From: Limnothrix sp. BL-A-16 | GTDB lineage: Bacteria; Cyanobacteriota; Cyanobacteriia; CACIAM-69d | Direction of reading: 5' to 3' | Assembly: GCA_041937175.2 (NCBI GenBank) | Contig: CP166615.1 | Span: 1,184,001-1,248,000, forward strand | Length of the DNA: 64,000 nt | In this document: in pieces, positions 21,192-31,765 of the stretch | How positions within the stretch are numbered: position 1 is the first letter of the stretch | Layout of the letters: the number at the start of each line of letters is the position of its first letter | Notes under the pieces: model-generated | What the model saw: the letters and a program-made list of their open reading frames with translations, nothing else | The model's database searches: none | Told to the model about the DNA's origin: nothing | Made by a program: the position numbers and the translations under genes

Positions 21192-22346
21192 ATGGCAACG
21201 ACGAACCCGCAACTGGAACGCGCCAAACAAGGCGACCCGGAGGCGATTGCTGCCTTGATGCGGCGATCGCTGGAACCCAAAGGCATCAACGTCCAAGCCG
21301 AAAGTGGTGGCGATGTGCTGCGTGTGGTGTTGGAAGGCTCCCAGCCTGTCAACCGCGAAGCACTGCTGGCCTTCATCCGTAAGGGGATGCTCCAGTTGGG
21401 GGTGAAGGGTCTCCGCTCGATCGCCGTGGAATGGCGGCAACCGGGTAGCTTGCTAACCGATTGGACTGATTCGATTTCCCTCGACGATGACGAACCTTAC
21501 GGCCTCGATGCGCTGAGCATGTCGCAAATCGAAGCACCCAACACGCCCCCCGTGGATATGGATGCGCTATCGGATGACGACAGCTACGGCGGCGGCTATG
21601 GCGCGCAGTACGGCATGGAAGATGACTCACTGCCTATGGATGATGATGAGTCCTTGGAGTCGGAAGACAGTTCGGAACCGACCAAGCCTGCCAAAAAGGG
21701 CGGTGGCGGCGGCCTGATTGGGTTGCTGCTGGGGTTGATTGCCATTGGGGGCGGGTTGTATTACCTCTACACCAAAGGGCATCTCAACGAGGTGGTGGCC
21801 AGCTTGCCGCCGGAAGTGCAAGTTTATTTGCCACCCGTCACCCCAGAACCAGCGGAACCGGCGATTACGGCGGATGGCACTGAGGCTCCGGCGGCCAGTC
21901 CGGCCCCGGCGGCCGAAGCTCCAGCCGCCAGCCCTGCGCCAGCGGAAGCGCCTGCCGCTAGCCCTGCGCCGGCCAGTCCAGCTCCGGCGGCCGAGTCCCC
22001 CGCCACTGAAGCTCCAGCAGCGGTTCCCGCCAGCCCCGCGCCGGCCAGCCCCGCCGCTGAGGCTCCGGCGGCCAGCCCCGCCCCGGCAGCTTCACCCGCA
22101 GCCAATCAACCGAATCCAGATTTTGCGGAAGCGGTACGCAAGGCCACCAGCGCGGCGAAGTTAGCCCAAACGGCCAAGACCAAGGCGGAATGGACAACGG
22201 TGGCGGCCGAGTGGCAGGCGGCTTCGGCCCTGATGCAGAAGGTGCCGGCCGACAGCCCGAATGCTTCCATTGCTCAAAACCGGGCCCCGCAATATGCCCA
22301 AAACGCGGCGATCGCCCGGGCCAATGCCCAGGCAGCACCGCAGTAG
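21192..22346 (+). CDS. Single-pass membrane protein with acidic linker and Ala/Pro-rich repeats
   Basis: N-domain (AKQGDPEAIA), TM GLIGLLLGLIAIGGGLYYLY, PAASPAPA repeats, helical C-domain. Confidence 0.8.
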   Translation: MATTNPQLERAKQGDPEAIAALMRRSLEPKGINVQAESGGDVLRVVLEGSQPVNREALLAFIRKGMLQLGVKGLRSIAVEWRQPGSLLTDWTDSISLDDDEPYGLDALSMSQIEAPNTPPVDMDALSDDDSYGGGYGAQYGMEDDSLPMDDDESLESEDSSEPTKPAKKGGGGGLIGLLLGLIAIGGGLYYLYTKGHLNEVVASLPPEVQVYLPPVTPEPAEPAITADGTEAPAASPAPAAEAPAASPAPAEAPAASPAPASPAPAAESPATEAPAAVPASPAPASPAAEAPAASPAPAASPAANQPNPDFAEAVRKATSAAKLAQTAKTKAEWTTVAAEWQAASALMQKVPADSPNASIAQNRAPQYAQNAAIARANAQAAPQ

Positions 22347-22470
22347 CATCGCGGACTGATTTCGAGTCAGAATCAGCACAGAAAATTTCCCCACCTAAGG
22401 ATCCTTCTCGGGTCATTTGGGTGGGGGAATTTATGATGAGGGCGCGGGAATTGGGCGGTTTGCGCTGGCG

Positions 22471-24153
22471 CTAGGGGTTTGATTGTTGCGAGATCGCCCA
22501 GGTTTCCAACGCTTCCGCTAATCCGTCGAGGGTATATTCCCGCGCTTCCGCATCGACGCGATCGAACAAATCACGGCAGGTTTGGGAGGTTTGCGGCCCG
22601 ATCGAGGCTAAACAGGCCCCCGCCACCTGGTCAATTTCAAAGCCAGCCCGCTGAAGCAGCGTTAAGAAGTTTTTAACGGTTTTGGAGCTGGCGAAGGTGA
22701 TGGCATCCACCCGCTTGGCCCGCAACAGGGCGATCGCCTCGGGGGTGAGGGCCGCCGGACAACGGGACTCATAGGCGGGCACTTCCCAGATGCTGGCTCC
22801 CTGGTCGCTGAGTTCTTTGACCAGCACATCGCGCCCCCCGGTTTCCACGCGCGGAAACAGCACGGTGCGATCGCGCAGGGATTCGGGAAAATGGCTCACC
22901 AGCGCATCGGCGATGAAATCCGGGGGAATGAAATCCGGCACGATGCCGAACTGCTGAAGACATTGGGCGGTTTTTTGACCCACCACGGCCACTTTGCAAT
23001 GGGCCAAGGCGCGACTATCTTTGCCAGCGGCCTGGAGGCGGCTAAAAAATGCCTCGACACCATTGGTGGAGGTCAAGATGAGCCAATGACACCGCTGGAG
23101 ATCGGCAATAGCCCGATCGAGTGGCTCCCAGGTGCTGGGCGGGCCAATTTCCAGGGCCGGCACTTCCAGCACTTGGGCCCCGGCTGCCTGGAGTCGGCCG
23201 GTGAAACCGCCCGCCTGGTTGAGCGATCGGGTCACCAGCACGGTTTTGCCCGCTAAGGGTTGGGTGATCGCGAGCTGGGCGATCGAGGGTTGGGGCATTA
23301 ACGGTTGAACCAAAGGAGGAGGATCGCCAGGAGCGATCGCCCCGGCTGGCCCCAACTCAAGCAATGCAGGCAGTTGGGGCAGCACAAACCCTTGGCCCCA
23401 AGGAGCCAGAAAATCCCGCAGTCGCACCACTTCCCCCACCACCACCACGGCCGGCGAAAGGGAAACGCGCTCCGTTTGCAGGGCGATCGATTCCAGCGTG
23501 CCCGTCCAAACCTGTTGCTGGGGAGTGGCGGCAGCGCGAATGACGGCCACGGGAGTGACGGACGATCGACCATGGCGAATCAGTTGGCGGGTAATTTCCG
23601 GGAGCGATCGGCCCGCCATCAAAAACACGAGGGTTTCCAGTTGGGCCAGGGCTTCCCAGTGCAGTTCATTGGGTTCATGGGCACTGGCCACCGCAAAGCA
23701 ACGACTCAGTACCGCATCGGTGAGGGGAATGCCCGCCAGCAACGGCCCCGCCAAGGCACTGGAAAGACCGGGAATAATTTCAAAGGTTGCCCCCGCCGCT
23801 TGCAGGGCTTGGATTTCGCTACTGGCACGCCCAAACACAAAGGGATCGCCCGCCTTGAGCCGCACCACCCGCTTTCCCGATCGCCACTGCTCCACCAGCA
23901 AGCGATCGATCTCCGGTTGGCTGGGGGAGGGCTGGCCGCCCCGTTTGCCCACATCGATTTGTGCGCAGGTGACGGGAACCCAGTCCAACAGCGCCCGATC
24001 GACTAGGGCATCATGCACCAACACCTCCGCTTGGCGCAGCACCTGAGCCGCTTGCAAGGTGAGATAGGCCCCATGGCCGGGCCCGGCTCCCACCAGGGCC
24101 ACGGGCGGGTTCACAACGGACGGGTCGATCGGGTTGGGCGAGGCTGCGGCCAT
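22471..24153 (-). CDS. cobA: Uroporphyrinogen-III C-methyltransferase / uroporphyrinogen-III synthase fusion (CobA-HemD)
   Basis: LVGAGPG, VRLKAGDPFVFGR; C-half VLVTRS, LTSTNGV, FASSKTV, SIGPQT. Confidence 0.93.
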   Translation of the reverse strand: MAAASPNPIDPSVVNPPVALVGAGPGHGAYLTLQAAQVLRQAEVLVHDALVDRALLDWVPVTCAQIDVGKRGGQPSPSQPEIDRLLVEQWRSGKRVVRLKAGDPFVFGRASSEIQALQAAGATFEIIPGLSSALAGPLLAGIPLTDAVLSRCFAVASAHEPNELHWEALAQLETLVFLMAGRSLPEITRQLIRHGRSSVTPVAVIRAAATPQQQVWTGTLESIALQTERVSLSPAVVVVGEVVRLRDFLAPWGQGFVLPQLPALLELGPAGAIAPGDPPPLVQPLMPQPSIAQLAITQPLAGKTVLVTRSLNQAGGFTGRLQAAGAQVLEVPALEIGPPSTWEPLDRAIADLQRCHWLILTSTNGVEAFFSRLQAAGKDSRALAHCKVAVVGQKTAQCLQQFGIVPDFIPPDFIADALVSHFPESLRDRTVLFPRVETGGRDVLVKELSDQGASIWEVPAYESRCPAALTPEAIALLRAKRVDAITFASSKTVKNFLTLLQRAGFEIDQVAGACLASIGPQTSQTCRDLFDRVDAEAREYTLDGLAEALETWAISQQSNP

Positions 24154-24357
24154 GGTTGGCTCCTATACGCAACGGTTATTTCCAACTTCGCATATCTGCG
24201 GCCCGAGGCCGCCGACCCCCCAGGGCCGTACCACTGCCTCCCGCCGATTTGCCCAACCGATCGCCCCGCCGATCCGGGTTGAGATACCTTTTGAGCGATC
24301 GATGGAGTGAATCGATCGGTTAGATTGATTCAACCTGCTGCATCCCCGGTCTTGGTT

Positions 24358-25773
24358 ATGGCCAAAGTTCGCCACACAGTTTCGCCCTCTGCACCCTGGA
24401 AACGGGCGGCTTCCCTGTCCCTGTCTGTGGCGGCGCTGTTGACCTTGGGCGGGGCGATCGCCCTGGTAACCACGGGTTTTGCGGTGGGAGTTCGCTCAAT
24501 TGTTGATCCCGAGGCTGCTGCTTGGTTGGATCAATGGTTGCCCGCCACCGGAGGCATCACGCCCCGCGACCTGAAAACCGTGGCCCAACTGCGGGTGGAA
24601 TTGACCAAGGGCAACCAACGGATGGGGGAAATTGTGCCACTGGGCCGTCAATGGTTGGTGGCCACCGTGCGACAACAGCAACCCAATTGCACGGCGGGGC
24701 CCCAATGTTGGCCGATCGTGCAGTTGCGGGCTTACCAAGCCCCAAACCCGGAACCCCAGGGCGATCGCCCCCTGGCCTATCGGCTCACCACCACCTTGGA
24801 CTTGGAGGGGCCGCCGGAATCCTTGGTGCTGGCTCCCCTGGTCAAGGCCGGTGTGGCCACCAGCGGCTCCACGGATCCCTTGCCGCTGATGGCGGTGCAG
24901 GGTTTGAAGGGCGGCCCAGCAGGCGGCGGTTGGCTAACCGTAAGCGGGCAATTGCCCCGATCGAACCAGCAACTTCGCTATGGCGTGATTGTGCATTTGA
25001 ACATTAGCCGTTTGGGGCGACCGGGCCACCTGAGTGTCCAAGGTCAGTGGAGCAGCCCCAAGGATCGATCGCCCGTTTGGGAGTCAATCACCGGCAATCG
25101 GGAACCGGAATTGATCGTGGATCAATCGGCCATCGATGCACCGGACTTGGCGATTTACCGAGCGATCCCTTCCGGGTTTGCGCCGGATCCCGTTTCCTTG
25201 GAACCGATCGTGCTGACGGAACCGTTGCTGCGATCGACCGATTTAACCGACTTGGCCCAATACCAAGAGGCCCTGAAGCTGGCCAAGCTGGAATTGTGGT
25301 CGCCGGCCTTGACCAAATTGCAGCCCCTGCGCGATCGGCTGGTGAATCGATCGCTGGTTTGGGACGATCGGGTCCAGGCCCAATACGATGCCCTGCGCTA
25401 CCACGCGGATCTGGCCCGGGTGCGGGCCGACTCACCCCAAAAAGATATTCCCAGCCAGATTTTGGCCGACCTCGGCGACAGCCGTTGGCAACGGGCGCTC
25501 GATCGCTTTGCACAAGCCTCCCTGGGGGATCAGGCAACGGTGGTGCGGTGGTTGCGTTCCGCCGAAGGAGAAAAACTGGAGCGGCAGGTTAATTTGGTGC
25601 TGCAATTTGCCCCAAACCAAGCCTCTGTGATGTTCTGGAAAGCCACCAGCCTGGCGGCGCGGCAAGGTCGCCCGGCGGCGATCGCCTGGTATCGCTCCCA
25701 GCCGGGCCAGTCCGTGGAGTGGGATCAACGGATCGATCGCTGGTTGGCCCAGGTGGCCACCGTCCCGCGTTAG
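24358..25773 (+). CDS. Hypothetical membrane-anchored protein
   Basis: Long ORF with N-terminal TM and helical C-terminus. Confidence 0.65.
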   Translation: MAKVRHTVSPSAPWKRAASLSLSVAALLTLGGAIALVTTGFAVGVRSIVDPEAAAWLDQWLPATGGITPRDLKTVAQLRVELTKGNQRMGEIVPLGRQWLVATVRQQQPNCTAGPQCWPIVQLRAYQAPNPEPQGDRPLAYRLTTTLDLEGPPESLVLAPLVKAGVATSGSTDPLPLMAVQGLKGGPAGGGWLTVSGQLPRSNQQLRYGVIVHLNISRLGRPGHLSVQGQWSSPKDRSPVWESITGNREPELIVDQSAIDAPDLAIYRAIPSGFAPDPVSLEPIVLTEPLLRSTDLTDLAQYQEALKLAKLELWSPALTKLQPLRDRLVNRSLVWDDRVQAQYDALRYHADLARVRADSPQKDIPSQILADLGDSRWQRALDRFAQASLGDQATVVRWLRSAEGEKLERQVNLVLQFAPNQASVMFWKATSLAARQGRPAAIAWYRSQPGQSVEWDQRIDRWLAQVATVPR

Positions 25774-25854
25774 GGCCACGGCCAGCCGGCCGCCCCCATT
25801 TCCGATAAGCTAGTAGACTGCAATTCAGTCCCAGCCACCCCGCCCGATCGACCC

Positions 25855-26946
25855 ATGCTCCGAGCCGGAATCGTCGGACTGCCCAACGTGGGCAAGTCCA
25901 CCCTGTTTAATGCCCTAGTGGCCAACGCCAAAGCGGAAGCCGCTAACTTTCCCTTCTGCACCATTGAACCCAATGTCGGCGTGGTCTCCGTGCCCGATGA
26001 GCGGTTGCAGGTGCTGAGTGATTTGGCCAAGTCCAAGCAAATTGTCCCCACGCGGGTGGAATTTGTGGACATTGCCGGCCTGGTGAAGGGAGCCAGCAAG
26101 GGCGAAGGGCTGGGGAACCAGTTTTTGGCCAACATTCGGGAAGTGGATGCGATCGTCCATGTGGTGCGCTGTTTCGAGAACGACGACATTATTCACGTGT
26201 CCGGCTCGATCGACCCGATCCGCGACATTGAAATCATCAATCTGGAGTTGATCCTCTCGGATTTGGCCCAGGTGGAGCGCCGAGCCGATCGGGTTCGCAA
26301 GCAAGCCCGCGCCAACAAAGAGGCCCAAGCCGAACTCGCGGTTCTTGAAAAGATCCTGGCCGTCCTCGAAGATGGCCGCCCCGCCCGCCAAGTCAGCCTG
26401 AGCGAGGAAGAAGAACCCCTGATCGCCACCTTGGGCCTGCTGACCCGCAAGCGGATGATCTACGCCACCAACGTTTCGGAAGATGACCTGGCCACCGGCA
26501 ACCCATGGGTGGAGCAGGTGCGGGAGTTGGCCAAGACCGAAAACGCCCAAACGGTGATTATTTCCGCCCAAGTGGAAGCGGAACTGATTGAACTATCCGA
26601 TGAAGAACGGGCGGACTTCCTCGATGCATTGGGCGTGACCGAAGGGGGGCTGAAGTCCTTGATCCGCGCCACCTACGACCTATTGGGTTTGCGCACCTAC
26701 TTCACCTCTGGCGAAAAGGAAACCCGCGCTTGGACGATCCATGCGGGCATGACGGCTCCCCAAGCGGCCGGGGTAATTCACTCAGACTTTGAGCGGGGTT
26801 TCATCCGGGCTGAAACCGTGGCCTACGCGGACTTGGTGGCGGCCGGCTCCCTTCCTGCTGCTAAGGAAAAGGGCCTTGTGCGCAGTGAAGGCAAAGAATA
26901 TGTGGTGCAAGAGGGCGATGTTATGCTGTTTAGATTTAACGTCTAG
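25855..26946 (+). CDS. ychF: Ribosome-binding ATPase YchF
   Basis: [53 protein letters not shown]. Confidence 0.97.
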   Translation: MLRAGIVGLPNVGKSTLFNALVANAKAEAANFPFCTIEPNVGVVSVPDERLQVLSDLAKSKQIVPTRVEFVDIAGLVKGASKGEGLGNQFLANIREVDAIVHVVRCFENDDIIHVSGSIDPIRDIEIINLELILSDLAQVERRADRVRKQARANKEAQAELAVLEKILAVLEDGRPARQVSLSEEEEPLIATLGLLTRKRMIYATNVSEDDLATGNPWVEQVRELAKTENAQTVIISAQVEAELIELSDEERADFLDALGVTEGGLKSLIRATYDLLGLRTYFTSGEKETRAWTIHAGMTAPQAAGVIHSDFERGFIRAETVAYADLVAAGSLPAAKEKGLVRSEGKEYVVQEGDVMLFRFNV

Positions 26947-27046
26947 CCCTGTCGATCGCATCGATCCAGACAAGGGGCTTAAGCCCCTTGCTCCCCACGA
27001 TCCCGTAACGCAAGAATCAGGGTTTCGGGGATTTGATGACAGCCCC
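26947..27046 (-). mobile_element. MITE family 2 copy abutting a half palindrome
   Basis: TTTGATGACAGCCCC end at 27046 followed by TAAGCCCCTTG; internal palindrome at 26971-26990. Confidence 0.68.
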
Positions 27047-27136
27047 TAAGCCCCTTGCCCCCGACGAATCCGTTCATCACCGCTTGCCCGTTCGATCGCC
27101 TGGTTTTTGTTGATTTCGATTCCGCAGCAACCCGCC

Positions 27137-28051
27137 ATGCACCAAAATTTCATGCCGATCGCCTATTACAAAGGCGAATTTATTCCCTTCGAGAATGCCA
27201 ACCTGTCGATCGCAACCCACGCGCTGCACTACGGCACGGGGGCCTTTGGCGGGTTGCGCGGGATTCCTGACCCGGCCGATCCGAACACGATTTTGCTGTT
27301 CCGGCTCGATCGCCACAGCAAGCGCCTCAGCCAAAGCGCCAAATTCCTGCATTACGATTTGCCCGCCGATAAAATTCTTTGGGCGATCGAAGAATTTGTC
27401 CGCCAAAACAAACCGACCAAATCGTTTTATATCCGTCCCTTTGTTTACACCTCTGACCTAGGGATTGCGCCCCGTTTGCACAACGTGGAAAAGAGCTTCT
27501 TTATCTACGGTTTGGAAATGGGCGATTACCTGTCCCAAGAGGGGGTCGCCTGCCGGATTAGCTCCTGGGTGCGCCAAGAAGATCGCAGCTTGCCCTTGCG
27601 TGGCAAAATCGCGGGTGCTTACATCACCTCATCGCTAGCTAAAACCGAAGCGGTGGAGTCGGGCTTTGATGAAGCGATCATGATGAATTCCCAGGGCAAG
27701 GTGAGCGAAGCCTCGGGGATGAACGTGTTTTTGGTGCGCAATGGCACGTTGATCACGCCCGGTTTTGAGCAAGATATTCTGGAAGGGATCACCCGCGACA
27801 GCATTTTGACGATCGCCCGCGATCGGGGCATCCCGATCGAAATTCGCCCGGTGGATAAAACCGAATTGTTCATCGCTGACGAAGTGTTCCTCAGCGGCAC
27901 GGCGGCCAAAATCGCCCCGGTCAGCAAGATCGAAAACTACACCCTCGGGAGCGATCGCCCGGTGACGAATCTGTTGCGAGAAACCCTCACGGCGATCGTC
28001 GAAAATCGCGAACCAGCCTACGCCGATTGGGTTCACAAAATCGCCCTGTAA
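27137..28051 (+). CDS. ilvE: Branched-chain amino acid aminotransferase (class IV)
   Basis: HALHYGTGAFGG, YIRP, GKIAGAY, EASGMN, LEGITR, GTAA. Confidence 0.92.
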   Translation: MHQNFMPIAYYKGEFIPFENANLSIATHALHYGTGAFGGLRGIPDPADPNTILLFRLDRHSKRLSQSAKFLHYDLPADKILWAIEEFVRQNKPTKSFYIRPFVYTSDLGIAPRLHNVEKSFFIYGLEMGDYLSQEGVACRISSWVRQEDRSLPLRGKIAGAYITSSLAKTEAVESGFDEAIMMNSQGKVSEASGMNVFLVRNGTLITPGFEQDILEGITRDSILTIARDRGIPIEIRPVDKTELFIADEVFLSGTAAKIAPVSKIENYTLGSDRPVTNLLRETLTAIVENREPAYADWVHKIAL

Positions 28052-28119
28052 GTGGCGAGCCAAACACAGCGCAAAACTCGACTCAGCAAGTCAATCAAGA
28101 CAAGTCAGCGAGTCATCGG

Positions 28120-28143
28120 GACAAGGGGCTTAAGCCCCTTGTC
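28120..28143. repeat. Solo palindrome GACAAGGGGCTTAAGCCCCTTGTC between convergent ilvE and prfB
   Basis: Perfect 24-bp palindrome. Confidence 0.9.
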
Positions 28144-28166
28144 TTTTAGGTTTTTGGCATGAGTTT

Positions 28167-29292
28167 CTACAAACCAACCGCATCGGCGGCTTGGCTTTCT
28201 TGGCGCAAATAGCTTTCGATAAATTGCCCCAAATCACCATTCATCACGGACTGAATATCAGTGGTTTCCAATTCCGTGCGCAGGTCTTTCACCAACTGAT
28301 AGGGGTGAAACACATAGTTACGGATTTGGGTTCCCCAGGCCGCTTCCACCATGTCGCCGCGAATATCGGCGATTTCCTTGGCCCGCTGTTCTTGGGCAAT
28401 CACCAATAGTTTTGCCTTCAACAGAACCATCGCTTTTTCTTTGTTTTGCAGTTGCGATCGCTCCTCGGTGCAACGCACGGCCAGCCCCGTGGGTAAGTGG
28501 GTAATCCGCACAGCCGTTTCCACTTTGTTGACGTTTTGACCGCCTTTGCCGCCGGCCCGCGAAGTGGTAATTTCTAAATCTTTGTCCGGAATATCCAGTT
28601 GAATGGAATGATCCAAAATTGGCATCACTTCCACACCCGCAAAGCTGGTTTGGCGCTTCCCGTTGGCGTTAAACGGTGAAATTCGCACCAGGCGGTGCGT
28701 GCCCTTTTCCGATCGCAAATAGCCATAGGCATAGCGGCCTTGAATTTCCAAGGTGACGGATTTAATCCCCGCTTCGTCCCCTTCGGAAAGCTCGCTGATC
28801 GCCACTTTATATTGCTGCTTTTCTGCCCAACGGGTATACATCCGCATGAGCTGCTCGGCCCAATCTTGGGCATCGGTTCCCCCAGCCCCAGCGTTAATGC
28901 TTAAAACGGCTCCTTTGCTGTCGTAGGGGCCAGATAGTAAGCGTTGAAGCTCCCAAGCATCCAGTTCCGCCGCCAATTGATTTAAGGAGGTGAAGGCTTC
29001 CTGAAGGAGACCATCATCGGGTTCTAAGTCCAGTAGCTCCAGGGCGGCGCGGCTGTCGTTGAGGGTGTTTTGCCAGCGATCAATCTGTTGTAGATCTCCT
29101 TTGGCATCGTTTAAATCTTGCAAAATTTGCTGGGCCTGGCTTTGGTCGTCCCAAAAATCTGGCTGGGCGGCTAGGTTTTCCAGGTCGGCCACTTTGGCGT
29201 TCAAAGCAGCTTGGTCAAAGGCAGTCCTGAGCGTTGCCCAGGCGATCGCACAGCAAATCAATTTGGCGTTTCAGGTCTGAAGCATCAAACAT
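28167..29292 (-). CDS. prfB: Peptide chain release factor 2 with programmed +1 frameshift
   Basis: ATG 29292 gives [25 protein letters not shown], then CTT-TGA-C (29220-29214); the +1 frame continues DQAALN... with SPF and GGQ motifs. Confidence 0.96.
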
Positions 29293-29472
29293 AGGGTCAA
29301 ATTAGCAACTAAGGCGATGAAACAAGGCAATAAAACGGGCTAAGCGCTGGGATTTGCGCCGACCATTTCTGTACATTTTCTTACAGGTTTGTGTGTTTTC
29401 ATCGGTCTTGGATCGGTCTTTGTTCGTGCTTGCACATCTTGTTTTGCATGTCTTTGTAGACCGCTGTCCTCA

Positions 29473-29602
29473 GAGGATGTCTGAACAGCCAAAATTGCTA
29501 CTCTGTACGCCTCAGTGATCGACTTAGACAAGATGCTCAAGCCCCTTGTCTCCACGACTATTGGTGCTTGCCCGTGCCAAAGAATACTTTTTAAACATCC
29601 TC
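29473..29602 (+). mobile_element. MITE family 1 copy (130 bp) with TCA target duplication
   Basis: TCA|GAGGATGTCTGAA...TTAAACATCCTC|TCA; degenerate central palindrome at 29529-29548. Confidence 0.8.
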
Positions 29603-30036
29603 TCAGCACGATCGGCAAAGCGCGATTAGCAAACAGTTGGCCAAGGCACAGCCTAAAAACTATAGCAATCCTGTGGCATTCTGCCTGTCTGCTTTTTCTG
29701 ATATGGAAGTGGGACTGCGATCGAATTGCGATCGGCCGGACGGGGTTGGGCTGCAGTGACAATCCAGCCGCCCCTGTAAGTTCTAGGCGAGCCTTGGGCA
29801 CAATAAGGTTGGGTCGTGGCCGTTTCAGAGGAGATGATCTCCAAAATTGATGCCGCGCCTCGACCGATTGCAGGGACTCTATAACCACCGAGCGATCGCT
29901 CACTGATGGGTTTCATCCCCTGTGGGGTGCTTGGGTGTTTCTGATAAGCTATCTGCCCAAATGGGTTTGTTCCTGAATGGCGATCTTTTTGAGTTCCATG
30001 CTTCAGAAAGGTGGCAGATTTGATCGCCAAATCTTA

Positions 30037-30166
30037 GAGGATGTCTGAACAGTACCCTTAGGGACTTGCCGAATCCCGATGAGGACGAAGGTAAGGGGCT
30101 TAAACCCCTGGTTTCGTTGATCGGCAGGGCAAGGAGCGTCTCAATTCTGGCTTTTCAGACATCCTC
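30037..30166 (-). mobile_element. MITE family 1 copy (130 bp)
   Basis: TTA|GAGGATGTCTGAA...TTCAGACATCCTC|TCA with perfect 13-bp TIRs; degenerate central palindrome at 30092-30111. Confidence 0.8.
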
Positions 30167-30399
30167 TCAGGAGACAGCGACAGGTTCAAAGTTGCAATTC
30201 CGTGTGGTTGGTGCGCGATCGCTCCTAGGAGCTTGCAAACGCACTTTTCTGACCCAACGTATAATGAAACCGTTTAGGAATCATCAGTGGGCATTGGTCA
30301 AACTTGCTCCTGATATGGCCTAATGGGTGGGCTGATTAATGGTTCAAGGGTAACGACCGAGCGGTTATTCCTAACGAGGCGATCGGGAACTTGAGAGAT

Positions 30400-31566
30400 A
30401 TGGAAGTGCAAATCCAAGATCGTGGTTGGTTTGCTAACCGTCATTTCTCGACATCGCCTATGTCGAATCCTGCCGGAGACTCTGGGGACGATATGGATTC
30501 GGATGAAACAATCACGACCAATGCCGACTTGCGAGAAGCGGAAACCACAATGGCAAAGCTGCTCCATGACGGTTTTGAGGCCTATCGAGAACGACAGTTC
30601 AATCAGGCAGAGCAGTTATTTGAAGCGTTGTTGACCTTGGCGATCTCGGTGAAGGATCACCATCGCGAAGAACGGGCCTATAACGGCCTGTTTTTGGGCT
30701 ACTACGCCCGCCATCAGTACGAGCAAGCCCTGGACTGTGCGCGCCGCTGGCTGGCCACCACCCGCGCCCATGGCAATTGGCAAGGTCAAACCCACGCCTT
30801 GGCCCATTGGGGCAATGCTTGCCGTCACTTGGGCCAGTTCGATCGTGCCATTGTTTATCAGCAGGAAGCCTTGGCGATCGCCCGAGACATGGGGGAGCTA
30901 GATAGCCAAATTGCCATCCTGAATAATTTAGGTTTGACCTACAAAGCCGCCGGGGACTATCCCAACGCGATCGTTTATCAGCGCCAAAGCCTGGATGCAG
31001 TGCGACAGGTGGGCGATCGGGAAGCCGAGCGGCAAGTGCTCAAGAACTTGGGCAATAGTTACTATGCCTGTGGCGACTACGGCAGCGCGGTGGAATATTA
31101 TGACCAACTGCTGCGGCTGTCCTACGCCAATGATGACTATGCAACGGCCAACCAGGTTTTACGCAGCTTGGCGAGCGCCTGTCGGCATCTGGGCAACATG
31201 CAGCAGGCCATTCATTACTGCAAGCAGCGGCTAACGGTGACGCGGGCCCTCAAGGATTTGCGCGGTGAAGAGCAAACCCTAGGAGCGTTGGGCGTGGCCT
31301 ACGATGCCCAGGCTAACTATGGCACGGCGATCGAGTATTACCAGCAACGGTTGATCGTTTCGCGCCTGATTCCTGACTTGGACGTGGAGCTACAGGCGCT
31401 AGCGAGTTTGCGCGTGGCCTATTACTCGTTGGGAAATTATGCCAAAGCCAATGAGTATGCTCGGCAGCGGGAGGCGCTGGTGGGTCACTCGCCTGATGAT
31501 TCGGAGGTGGATAGCAGTGCGGTGGAAACCACGATCGGGATGCTGAGTGATGAGGCGAAGAATTAG
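30400..31566 (+). CDS. Tetratricopeptide repeat protein
   Basis: Repeated LNNLG/LGNSY...AIVY/AIEYYQQ TPR units. Confidence 0.9.
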   Translation: MEVQIQDRGWFANRHFSTSPMSNPAGDSGDDMDSDETITTNADLREAETTMAKLLHDGFEAYRERQFNQAEQLFEALLTLAISVKDHHREERAYNGLFLGYYARHQYEQALDCARRWLATTRAHGNWQGQTHALAHWGNACRHLGQFDRAIVYQQEALAIARDMGELDSQIAILNNLGLTYKAAGDYPNAIVYQRQSLDAVRQVGDREAERQVLKNLGNSYYACGDYGSAVEYYDQLLRLSYANDDYATANQVLRSLASACRHLGNMQQAIHYCKQRLTVTRALKDLRGEEQTLGALGVAYDAQANYGTAIEYYQQRLIVSRLIPDLDVELQALASLRVAYYSLGNYAKANEYARQREALVGHSPDDSEVDSSAVETTIGMLSDEAKN

Positions 31567-31765
31567 GGCCGATCGTCGTTTCCCGGAATCAAGCGCCTGA
31601 AACCCTGATGACCTCGTTCTGCAAACCAATCAGCCGTAGGGGCGAGGTCTCCTCGCCCATTCCCGTGCTCCTTGGGTGTTCCCAGGGACGGACAGGGTTG
31701 TAGCGATCGCCCGGGTTAGGGTTGGGAGACCCAACCCCTACGACGGTGAAAACGACGACAGCCCC
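31566..31765. mobile_element. MITE family 2-type element carrying a REP doublet
   Basis: GGGCCGATCGTCGTTT...AAACGACGACAGCCCC termini span the interval between two convergent stop codons. Confidence 0.7.
31636..31741. repeat. GTAG-type REP doublet (REPIN-like)
   Basis: GTAGGGGCGAGGTCTCCTCGCCC (31636-31658) and inverted GTAGGGGTTGGGTCTCCCAACCC (31741-31719). Confidence 0.8.

Noticed and set aside
28167..29261. ORF-track start MICCAIAW for RF2
   Set aside because: Artefact of the +1 frameshift; the real start is ATG 29292.
29340..30323. ORFs of 85-187 aa in the prfB-TPR spacer
   Set aside because: They run through or between MITE sequence, overlap each other on both strands and show no recognisable motifs.
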